Assembly: GCA_963975335.1 (NCBI GenBank)
Contig: CAXBHD010000001.1
Span: forward strand, 1-49,837
Origin: an uncultured Devosia sp.
GTDB taxonomy: Bacteria; Pseudomonadota; Alphaproteobacteria; Rhizobiales; Devosiaceae
Direction: 5' to 3'
DNA length: 49,837 bases
The notes under the pieces were generated by a model. The model worked only from the letters and a program-made list of their open reading frames with translations. It was not told where the DNA came from and did not search any database. Positions 17,924 through 26,485 of the stretch are shown here, piece after piece. The first letter of the stretch is position 1, and each line of letters begins with the position of its first letter. The position numbers and the translations under genes were made by a program.

Positions 17924-19485
17924 ATGTCAGAGTATTTCAAAGACCTCGTTGACCACCGCGGCCGGCCTATTAAGCGTCAAGTTCTGCGCGATGAGCTGGG
18001 CGGCGCCACGATTGGCGGGGTGCGCCAGCCCGTCACCGGCTATCCCGGCGACGGCCTGACGCCGATCCGCCTGGCCGCGATCCTCAAGGAAGCCGATCGC
18101 GGCGACCCCATACGGTTCCTCGAGCTGGCCGAAACCATTGAGGAGCGCGACCCGCACCTGATCGGCGTGCTGGGCACGCGCAAGCGCAGCGTGGCGCAGC
18201 TCGAAATCACAGTCGAGGATGGGGGCACCGATAGCGCCAGCCAGAAACACGGCGACATGGTGCGCGACTGGCTCAAGCGGGACGAGTTGACCGACGAGCT
18301 GTTTCATATGCTCGACGCCGTGCATAAGGGCTACAGCTTTACCGAGATCATCTGGGCCGAAGGGACCTCCTGGTGGCCGGAGCGGCTGGAACGGCGCGAC
18401 CCGCGCTGGTTTGACTTTGACCGGCATGATCTCACCAGCCCGCAGCTGATCGACGCGCATGGCCAGCGCCGGCCGCTGCCGGGCGGCAAGTTCATCTATG
18501 CGCCCATGCCGGCAAAATCGGGCATACCCAGCCGCGGCGGCCTAGCGCGGGTATTGGCCTGGGCCTGGATGTTCAAGGCCTTCACCAATCGCGACTGGGC
18601 CATTTTCACACAGACCTATGGCCAACCGGTGCGCTTGGGCAAATATGGCCAGGGCGCCAGCAAGGAAGACAAGGAAACCCTGTTCCGAGCCGTCGCCAAT
18701 ATTGCTGGCGACTGCGCCGCGATCATCCCGGAATCGATGACCATCGACTTTATCGAGGCCAGCAATATCGGCGCGTCGTCCGGGCTCTACAAGGAACGGG
18801 CCGACTTCTTCGACCAGCAGGCCTCCAAGGCCGTGCTCGGCCAGACCGCCACCACCGACGCCATTGCTGGCGGCCATGCCGTGGGCAGGGAGCACCGCCA
18901 GGTGCAGGAGGACATCGAGCGGTCGGACGCTAAGCAGTTGGCCAGCGTCATCAACCGCGACCTGATCCGCATCTGGATCGACCTCGAATATGGGCCGCAG
19001 CAGGCCTATCCCAAGGTCAGGATCGGCCGGCCGGAGCAGAAGGACGTTGCCGCGATGACCGCGGCCGCCCGAACATTCGGGCTGCGCGTCAAGCAGAGCG
19101 AGGCCTATGCCCTGGCCGGCTTTTCCATTCCCGAACCCGGCGATGCGGTGACCTGGGCGCGGCCGGGCAGGATAACAAGGACGGGGCCGCCGGGCAGGAC
19201 GACGGGCCGGAGGGCGGCCGGCCGCAACTGCATGCGCAGCAGCCTGCCCTGCCGACCCGCGACGAGCTGGAGCAGCTTGGCGCCGCGCTGATGGCTGAAT
19301 CGCAGGAGGCGCTGTTTGACCAGCTGGGCGGCATCGTGCGGGCGGCGGCCTCGCTCGAGGAGATCCGCGCGGGCCTGGTGACGCTGGCGCCGGGGATCGA
19401 TCGCACGGCCCTGCGCATGGCCATGCGCCAGGCGCTGGTCATTGCCCGCCTCGTCGGTCGCGTGGATCTGCTCGATGGCCGATGA
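17924..19485 (+). pseudogene. Portal protein (DUF935 / Mu gp29) with apparent frameshift near 19151
   Basis: IEERDPHL...RK, YGQPVRLGKY, SKAVLGQT, EHRQVQEDI; expected C-terminus (AASLEEIRAGL...ARLVGR) lies in another frame ending 19485. Confidence 0.8.
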
Positions 19486-20146
19486 GGCAGGGGTCAGGGT
19501 CGAACCGGCCGCCGCCATCGCCTGGCTGCGCCGCCGGCTGGCACTCAGCGAGGCGGACTGGCAGGCGTTGCTGCGCGGCGTTGACGCGGCGGTCGACGCC
19601 GCGATCGACGCACAGTTCGAAGCCGTGCAGCACGACCTGCTGGCGGCGGTGCTGGATGCGGTCGAGGACGGCACCACGGCCGAACAGTTCCGGGACGACT
19701 ATGAGCGCATCGTCCAGCGCCACGGCTGGAGCTACCACCGCCATGCCGGCTGGCACTCCCAGCTGATTTTTCGCATGCAGACACAGAACGCCTATATGGC
19801 CGGACGCTGGGATCAGGTGCAGCGGGTGCTGGCGGCCAATCGTGGGCGGGTGGACTACTTCCTGCGCTATGTGACGGTGGGGGACGAGCGGGTGCGCGAC
19901 AACCATGCCGCCTGGCATGGGGTGATCCTGCGGGCCGATCACCCGTTCTGGCTGACGCACTGGCCACCCAATGGCTTTAACTGCCGCTGCCCGCCGCCGC
20001 AGCTGATTACCCGGCGGGTGATGGAGCGACGGGGCTGGGCGGTGACGGGGGATGATGATCCGCGGCTGGCGGTGATGCCGGACGAGGGGTTTGTAGCGAA
20101 TGTGGGGATAGCATTGGCGACTGGGGCGGGCGTTACAGGTGGGTGA
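19475..20146 (+). CDS. MuF / gp30 head morphogenesis protein (short form, no toxin extension)
   Basis: AYMAGRW, YVTVGDERVR..H..WHG, HPFW..HWPPNGFNCRC, PDEGF..N.G. Confidence 0.9.
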   Translation: MADEAGVRVEPAAAIAWLRRRLALSEADWQALLRGVDAAVDAAIDAQFEAVQHDLLAAVLDAVEDGTTAEQFRDDYERIVQRHGWSYHRHAGWHSQLIFRMQTQNAYMAGRWDQVQRVLAANRGRVDYFLRYVTVGDERVRDNHAAWHGVILRADHPFWLTHWPPNGFNCRCPPPQLITRRVMERRGWAVTGDDDPRLAVMPDEGFVANVGIALATGAGVTGG

Positions 20147-20525
20147 CCGGAAAGGGGTGGGAGGCGGACTGGCAGGTTTCAGGGGCACTCTCGGGGAAAG
20201 GAGACGTTGGTAGTCTGGCAAAGCGGAGGCCGTAAGGCGAGGCCCTCAAGACTTCCCGTGGATTGTTGCCGCCTCTTGGGATCGACAGGGCGCGACACGT
20301 CCATGATCCTCTGAGATCCGCGCCGTGGTCGGCGGACGATGTGAGGAAGCCGGCGTAGCCTGGAACTTCCAGACGGGGCCACAGTGGGTCATAGAGCGAC
20401 GGCGTGGCCGCCGAGCCTGTAACATGCTGCTGGCGATTCTTGCAGTCTAGGTCCATCGCTTCTAATAGGCCTAGGAATCCGCCGCATTAGGCCTAAATTA
20501 GCTCCAGCCAATGGAGGAGCGTCAC

Positions 20526-20702
20526 ATGGGCCTGTCATTCGAGAATTGGCTTACCATCGCCGGAATAGTTGTTGCCGTCATCGGCCTCTTTGTGGTGACA
20601 CGGGTGTACATCGCCCGGAAGAACCACGTCCAGAAGCAGACCGTCATGGGTAGCGGCAGGGGCATTCAGTCCGGTAGGGATAGTCATGTGGGAAAAGAGT
20701 AA
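20526..20702 (+). CDS. 58-aa single-TM protein with C-terminal Q/G-rich motif (candidate effector)
   Basis: GGAGGAG RBS; TM WLTIAGIVVAVIGLFVV; tail QKQTVMGSGRGIQSGRDSHV. Confidence 0.7.
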   Translation: MGLSFENWLTIAGIVVAVIGLFVVTRVYIARKNHVQKQTVMGSGRGIQSGRDSHVGKE

Positions 20703-21744
20703 GCAGGATCAGAACGTCGGCAACGGCGCGACCGCTGCACAAGCGGGCCGGGACGTCATCATCAACCATGGGATGTCACTGGCGCAGATGGCAGAGGTCA
20801 TCCGCGAAGTGCGTAACATCACCGACAATTTTACCACCGAGGCCATGGTAAAGGTAGAGGCGCGAGCCTCCGAGTTTGAAGCGTCGGTTCTCAGCAAATT
20901 CAAGGACGCGACGAAAACCAACGCCGAGGCGTTTCGGGACCCCGACTTCCAGCTCATGCTCTCGGATGCACAGAAGGCATATGCACGGTCTGGCGACGAG
21001 GCAGTAAAGGAGACGTTGGCGGATATTATCGCGCGAAGGTCCTTGGCCGAAAACCAGACCCGCCTAGCCTTGACACTCAATGACGCTGCCGCTCGGGCGC
21101 CGAAGCTTACTAAGACCGAATTCTCGATTCTGTCTCTGTGCTATTTGGCCAGATATACCCGTGCCCCAAGCGTAGGCGACCCAAGTATGTTCGCCGCCTA
21201 TATCAACCAGAATTTTGTCCCTTTTACGGACGAAATTCTGACGGAACTCCCTGCGTATTGGCATATCGAGTCTCAGTCCTGTGGCCGCTTGGCCACTGGA
21301 CAGATCAATTTGATGGATGTCTGGCGCCCGAATTATGCAGGGGTATTGGGAAAAGGCCTACCTGAGCAGGTCATACTCGACCATACGAGCGAGCCTGCAA
21401 AGGGTATGATTTTGGGCACTTGTATGCCGTGTTTCAGAAACGCGACCCAGCTTCAGCCGAAGGCGCTGACGCGGGAGGTGTACCACCAAAAATACGACTC
21501 CAGCGGTATCCCTCCTGCTGACCTAGACAACGTGTGGAACGCGTTCGAAGCAAGTGTGCCCGGAGGCGAAGACCTCTACAAGATACTGGAGCCTGAAATA
21601 CCGGCCATACGAAAGCTCTTCGAGAAGTGGGGGGAGACGCCTATTAAACAGCTCGAACTTAATTCTGTGGGGATTGCGATTGGGCACGCAAATGCTTCGC
21701 GGGTTGTGGGGTTTGCAGCGCCGTTAGATATATGGATAAAATAG
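20686..21744 (+). CDS. 352-aa protein resembling the LPO_1073/Vpar_1526 family, N-terminal Q/G/N-rich motif
   Basis: QDQNVGNGATAAQAGRDVII start, DPDFQ...AQKAYARSGD, LNSVGIAIGHAN; family name from recall. Confidence 0.75.
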   Translation: MWEKSKQDQNVGNGATAAQAGRDVIINHGMSLAQMAEVIREVRNITDNFTTEAMVKVEARASEFEASVLSKFKDATKTNAEAFRDPDFQLMLSDAQKAYARSGDEAVKETLADIIARRSLAENQTRLALTLNDAAARAPKLTKTEFSILSLCYLARYTRAPSVGDPSMFAAYINQNFVPFTDEILTELPAYWHIESQSCGRLATGQINLMDVWRPNYAGVLGKGLPEQVILDHTSEPAKGMILGTCMPCFRNATQLQPKALTREVYHQKYDSSGIPPADLDNVWNAFEASVPGGEDLYKILEPEIPAIRKLFEKWGETPIKQLELNSVGIAIGHANASRVVGFAAPLDIWIK

Positions 21745-21979
21745 CACGGGTTCCCTGGCTTTCGAAGCTCAGCAATTGGAGGCAGGCGACCAGGTCGGCG
21801 ATCTCATCTTCGTCGAGATAGACCCCGGAAATCGGCTCTGAGGCCCACGCCCTGAGCTGGTCATAGAATTGCAGGCGCTGCTCGCCCGTCATTGCTTCGG
21901 GCGACAGGCCGGACAACGGGTCGACGTGCAGCCGGATGGCATCCTCGAGACGCTGGACGGATCCCCGCACCGTGCGCAC
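21659..21979 (-). CDS. Possible hypothetical protein
   Basis: Protein-like ORF filling the gap, but its 3' end overlaps the convergent gene by 86 nt. Confidence 0.3.
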   Translation of the reverse strand: MRTVRGSVQRLEDAIRLHVDPLSGLSPEAMTGEQRLQFYDQLRAWASEPISGVYLDEDEIADLVACLQLLSFESQGTRAILSIYLTALQTPQPAKHLRAQSQSPQN

Positions 21980-22047
21980 CTATATTCGAAGGGCCGATCG
22001 ATATAAGGATCATGCTGGAGCGGGCTTTCTGTAGCTGAGGGGCAAGG

Positions 22048-22605
22048 ATGAGCAAATACCACTTGGAGCTGACGCCAGAGGAAAAGGCGCTGGCCGATAA
22101 GATAGATTTCCGCGAGGAAATTCCTCACCACGAGGACGGCCACGAAATCTACAAGGCCAACCGCGAGCCCATCATGGCGCTGCTGAAGCTCCTACTGGCG
22201 AGAGACGCCATTCCGAAGAACCGGCTCGCGTATTGGACCAGCCCCGAGCTGAAGCCAGGCCGCATGAAAGGCTCCCACAAAGACATCTTCAAGCGCAACG
22301 GCTCGGAAGGCGAGGAAGCCTATACTCACCCCCACTTTATCCCGTTCCTTCGATACTTCCTTTACGGCGCAAAGCTGCCGCAACGCGCGATCGATGAGTT
22401 CGAGGCTCAGGTCGGGAACCCCGAGTGGTTCAGCGGCTCCGACATCATCACCCTCAGCAAAATAACCAGAGAGCTGGTCCGCAAGTATGGCTTGAGGGGT
22501 TATCGGGACAGCGACGAGTTCATGAAGCTCGCTCTCGACCTAGGGCTTGGTGCGTACAACGCGAACAGCGTACGAAGTGCTGCCGTCGACGCGGCGCGTC
22601 GTTGA
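22048..22605 (+). CDS. Hypothetical protein (185 aa)
   Basis: AAGGA RBS; globular composition; no recognised motif. Confidence 0.75.
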   Translation: MSKYHLELTPEEKALADKIDFREEIPHHEDGHEIYKANREPIMALLKLLLARDAIPKNRLAYWTSPELKPGRMKGSHKDIFKRNGSEGEEAYTHPHFIPFLRYFLYGAKLPQRAIDEFEAQVGNPEWFSGSDIITLSKITRELVRKYGLRGYRDSDEFMKLALDLGLGAYNANSVRSAAVDAARR

Positions 22606-22686
22606 CGGCTGACGACCGTCGGACCTGGTCCCAACTCCCTGTGGTTAAGTGCTGTTGTCGAACGGAAACCGACTGCACAGATTGGG

Positions 22687-23163
22687 CTAGGCCAAGGTTT
22701 TGTACTTCAATTTGCGCCGCTGGGTTCGAACTAGGTGCTTCAACGTAAGAGCAGCGCTGTGCACACTTGAAAGACGCGCCGGTTCTGCCTGACGGTCGGG
22801 ATCGCCAAAATCGCCACTGGCTGATGCATCCGAGAAACGGAAGGCGGCAACGTCGCACTCTCTTTTTGCAGGGCCTGTGAAAAGCCCAGCGATCAAAAGA
22901 TTGATGTGGTGCAGGCCGCCAACAATCCGACCGTCAAGTATGCTTTCTCGTGCACCGAGCTCAGACGGCGAGGTAGACCAGTATTCGTCTGCCAAAGTCC
23001 TAACGGCATCGATGGTCGCGATAATCTCGTCAACGTCGTCGTCTCGAGCTTTTTCGTGCCGTTGATGCCTGCGGACTACGCCTGACACCCACTCGGTGGC
23101 AAACAGGCCAAACATGGTACCAACGGCCGCGGAAAGAGCTATCCCAAAATCGAGCCCGAACAC
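22687..23163 (-). CDS. Membrane-anchored helical protein, third gene of the kinase/STAS operon
   Basis: GTG 23163 directly after the STAS stop; N-terminal hydrophobic helix FGIALSAAVGTMFGLFA. Confidence 0.65.
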   Translation of the reverse strand: MFGLDFGIALSAAVGTMFGLFATEWVSGVVRRHQRHEKARDDDVDEIIATIDAVRTLADEYWSTSPSELGARESILDGRIVGGLHHINLLIAGLFTGPAKRECDVAAFRFSDASASGDFGDPDRQAEPARLSSVHSAALTLKHLVRTQRRKLKYKTLA

Positions 23164-23164
23164 G

Positions 23165-23482
23165 TCAGTGCATCGCCGCTTCGCGGACGTAGGTTTCGGC
23201 AGCAATCTTATAGACGCTGAAGCTAGGGCTGGCGTGGAACTCAAAATTTGCCAGAATGTCGTCGGCCTTGTATCCGAGGCGCACCAAGCCGCCGAAAGCC
23301 TCTTCCAGAAAAGAGGGCGGATAGCCCGCGGCTCCGTCCAGCTCGATTATGACCCGCTCCTTGGCATCCAAGGCAGGAACAAGAAACTTGTCTCGAAATT
23401 CCTGGCCGCTGCCCTTGCCCTTTGCCTTGTAGCGTCCAGCTGGAAACTTCGAAAAGTCACGGGCTACATTAATTGTTCTCAT
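23165..23482 (-). CDS. STAS-like DUF4325 protein
   Basis: INVARDFS.FPAGRY, SGQEFR..FL.P, LDGAAGYPPSFLEEAFGGL. Confidence 0.85.
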   Translation of the reverse strand: MRTINVARDFSKFPAGRYKAKGKGSGQEFRDKFLVPALDAKERVIIELDGAAGYPPSFLEEAFGGLVRLGYKADDILANFEFHASPSFSVYKIAAETYVREAAMH

Positions 23483-24539
23483 CTTCCGCATCCGCGTCAT
23501 CTGTTAGAGCATCAGCGGGCAAGCACCACTCGATTAGCGTGCCGCCCAGGCTTTCAGAATGTGTTCGGCTCTCGATCGATCCGTCGCCATGATACACGAT
23601 TTCACCTCGCCGACTAATAATGCGGAGATAGGCATTGTCTGTGCCCGTTACCACGTCGGTCATACGCCTCATTCCTAAACCGCGGTGACTCTCAAGCGTG
23701 CGCGTTCGACCAACTTCTAGGGCGGCCCGCAACATCAAGGTGTCGTTATGAACCACATCCGAGAAATGTGAGGCCAGCCACGCCACAATTCCCTCAAAAA
23801 CATCGGCGGTCGGAAGCGTGTGCGGTATTCCTGCGCCTTGGTCAAAAACGAAGAACCTCAGGCGCATAGTTGAGACTTCTATGCATCCGGCGCCCCACCA
23901 TCTGTGGCCGGCAAATGGGTGCGTCGGCGTATAATCATCCGGGTAGGCGTGGGCGATGGCATTTTCGACAGCCTCCGTAAGCCCTTCATACACGGTGGCA
24001 TTGTTGGTGAAACCCACGATCATGTCGCGAAAGCGAGCCTGTAACCTGTTAAGTTTCGCACCATCGAGCTTGAGCCCAGATTGCAAAGCGGTGAGGGTGA
24101 AATTCTCCTGGGCACCCGCGCCGACAGGCGGGGCCTTTGTCTCCAGAAGCTCAAACACACCGAGATCATCGAGTAGGCTGCGAACACCTGGTGACCATTT
24201 GGCAGCGTCCCTCGCTCTCAGTTTGAGGTGCTTGAGGAGCTGCCACCGGTGGAATTCCGCAGCCAGGACTATCGCCACTGGCACCGAAATGTATTCCACT
24301 ACGGTCAGATCGACATAGACGATCAACCGTTGCTTCCCAGGCTGCAGGGTGGCGCTGCGCAGTTCATCTAGGAACTCGATCGTGGCGTCGTAATTCTCCC
24401 GGAAAGTAAGGCGCGTAGGTGGCTTTACCACTTTCTCGGGAATGCCATGGGGCTTCCACCGTCTTTTGAGGCGGCGTTCCCACCGTTTGGCGGTAAGGCG
24501 GATCAAAGCCCGCTTACGTCGTTCATTAACCTTCTTCAT
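23469..24539 (-). CDS. STAS + GHKL (histidine-kinase-like) ATPase
   Basis: STAS-like VDLTVVEYIS; N box EAVENAIAHAY, G1 DQGAGIP, G2 RGLGM, G3 GGTLI. Confidence 0.85.
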   Translation of the reverse strand: MKKVNERRKRALIRLTAKRWERRLKRRWKPHGIPEKVVKPPTRLTFRENYDATIEFLDELRSATLQPGKQRLIVYVDLTVVEYISVPVAIVLAAEFHRWQLLKHLKLRARDAAKWSPGVRSLLDDLGVFELLETKAPPVGAGAQENFTLTALQSGLKLDGAKLNRLQARFRDMIVGFTNNATVYEGLTEAVENAIAHAYPDDYTPTHPFAGHRWWGAGCIEVSTMRLRFFVFDQGAGIPHTLPTADVFEGIVAWLASHFSDVVHNDTLMLRAALEVGRTRTLESHRGLGMRRMTDVVTGTDNAYLRIISRRGEIVYHGDGSIESRTHSESLGGTLIEWCLPADALTDDADAEDENN

Positions 24540-24630
24540 TCAGCGCCCCATGTGCGGCAACAATAAATTGCCACCACGTGGCTATAGGCTAGGTTTTCGC
24601 CGGCCCTCGCTCGCTGTATTTCGAGCAGCA

Positions 24631-24870
24631 TTACACTCGGGACCGACGCCAGCCAGCTGCGCGTGCTTCCTCCTCAGAGCAGAACCAGCGCTCGCCATGC
24701 GACGCGCTGATCCGGGTCTCGTTGTAGTATTTATCGCCGGGCATATGGTAGATGCGCTCGCCCTGGGTGCTGACGTTGCCCTTGATGTTGCATTCGCCCT
24801 GTTGGGCTGACGCCGACGAAACTGACATTGTCAGTATCAACGCGACGGCAAAAATACGGCTGCACTTCAT
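24631..24870 (-). CDS. Secreted sunset-domain (ExoI C-terminal-like) protein
   Basis: Signal peptide; CNIKGNV...RIYHMPG..YY..T.I...GERWFCSEEEARAAGWR. Confidence 0.85.
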   Translation of the reverse strand: MKCSRIFAVALILTMSVSSASAQQGECNIKGNVSTQGERIYHMPGDKYYNETRISASHGERWFCSEEEARAAGWRRSRV

Positions 24871-25192
24871 GTTCCCCTCCCTTGTTGAATTCCATGTCGC
24901 ATGGATTCGCCAAGGGTGTCGAGAAACGCCAGGAAATGCTGGAGTACGCGGATTTGCAATCCGCTGCCTATTGCACAAGAAGTTGTTGACCCTTCGCGTC
25001 CGCTATTCGCCTGTTGGCCGCCAAGAGCGAACAGACCGCTTACGGCCCCATTCTTGCCGCCGCCTGGTGATGCTGAATGGCCGAAACCGGGTTGAAAGAC
25101 GCCAACCCGAATGACCAAAGTCAGCGATTGATGATTTCCATGGCTTCGACGCCTTATGCGACACACCCTTGTTGATCGTGTAATATGTGAAC

Positions 25193-25759
25193 ATGTCCCG
25201 CCACCGTTTCGGACCCCGACTACCGCGCCTTGTGCCCCGAATTCTGCCGCGCAACCCTTTGCGTAGGCGGCGCGGACGAGGCGGCTTGTCGCCTGGGCTG
25301 GGAGTCGCGGCCGTGTTTGCCGTCGGTTTTTTTGCGTTCCTGGCGTCGGACGATACACCCTCGGCGCCTATTACGAGTAGTCCGCGGGCCGCCGCCCAGG
25401 CCCATGCCGGAGAGCAACGCGTGCGCTTCAGCATGTGCGGCCGCGACCGGCATACCTGTGTCGTAGACGGCGACACGATCTGGCTCCGGGGCATCAATTT
25501 ACGGCTCGAAACCTATGACACGCCCGAGCCCTACAATGACATTTGCGGCGGTCAAGCCGAAGTGGCGCTGGCGAAGCTGGCGAGTGCTCGACTGCTTCAG
25601 CTGTTGAACGGCAATTCGTTCACCGTGCAGGCTGGCGGCCAGGACAGGTATGGCCGCGTCCTCGCAACGATCCGGATCGGCGGCACCGACGTTGGCGACA
25701 TCCTCATCGCCGAGGGGTTGGCGCGCCGGTGGCCGAACGGCAATGAATTTTGGTGCTGA
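25193..25759 (+). CDS. Thermonuclease (SNase-like), membrane-anchored
   Basis: CVVDGDT, RL..YDTPE, DRYGRVLA, LIAEGLA; N-terminal TM. Confidence 0.9.
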   Translation: MSRHRFGPRLPRLVPRILPRNPLRRRRGRGGLSPGLGVAAVFAVGFFAFLASDDTPSAPITSSPRAAAQAHAGEQRVRFSMCGRDRHTCVVDGDTIWLRGINLRLETYDTPEPYNDICGGQAEVALAKLASARLLQLLNGNSFTVQAGGQDRYGRVLATIRIGGTDVGDILIAEGLARRWPNGNEFWC

Positions 25760-25992
25760 CAGGCTGGCCATGAGGAAAGTCTGTGAGTGTACCGCCGATG
25801 ATGACGACGTTTGCAGTCGATACGATCATCGTCGGTATCTGTGTTGACGGCCTCGCGCCGATCGTTGCCGACCTGTCGCTCCGAGAGTTCAGCGCCAGCG
25901 CTTACTAGCCTTTTGCGGCAGTACAAGGTTGGAAGCGCTCTTGTGAAGCTTGCGCTAGGCTAGACGCCAGCGCGGTGTGGGTGAGCTTATTT

Positions 25993-26280
25993 TCAGGGAC
26001 GCAGCGCCTGGTCTGTCGGGTCTCCTGCTATCCATCGGATCAGGTGCACAACATTGGGCTGCTGAAGTTTCAGCATGGCATGCGCGCGATGCACCTCCGC
26101 AGTTCGATCACTGATGCCCAGCCGGCGACCAATCTGTTTGCAGGACTGCCCCTCGTAGACTAGCTGCAACACCTGTTTTTCTCGGAAAGTCAGAACCTGT
26201 GCGCTTTCAATGCGGCTGCAGAGTTTTACCTGGACAAACTGGTTTTGTGCCTTCCCCAAAATCAGTGTCTCCCAAGACAT
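25993..26280 (-). CDS. Stand-alone LuxR-type HTH protein
   Basis: LTFREKQVL...GQSCKQIGRRLGISDRTAEVHRAHAMLKL. Confidence 0.8.
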   Translation of the reverse strand: MSWETLILGKAQNQFVQVKLCSRIESAQVLTFREKQVLQLVYEGQSCKQIGRRLGISDRTAEVHRAHAMLKLQQPNVVHLIRWIAGDPTDQALRP

Positions 26281-26485
26281 TAACCCATGATACCTCAGTG
26301 CATTTACGCATGGTATGGGGAATCCACGTAGACGATCGCTGGGACAAGCGACAACCGAGCCGCTCAGATCTGGCCGTCAAGGTGGATGCCAACAGCAAAC
26401 TAGGGCAGGCGCCGATCCAGGACTGTCGATATGAGTACAAAGCAGAAACATCTCTGTTGACCGGCGGCTGGCTGGCTGTGACAAA

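Noticed and set aside
20133-20456. 107-aa minus-strand ORF with SADHGADL, reminiscent of an Mrr-type nuclease motif
   Set aside because: No following Q.K motif and the rest is not protein-like; at most an unidentifiable remnant
19475-20510. MuF polymorphic toxin with immunity gene
   Set aside because: MuF stops just after its conserved domain; no toxin extension or adjacent immunity ORF is visible
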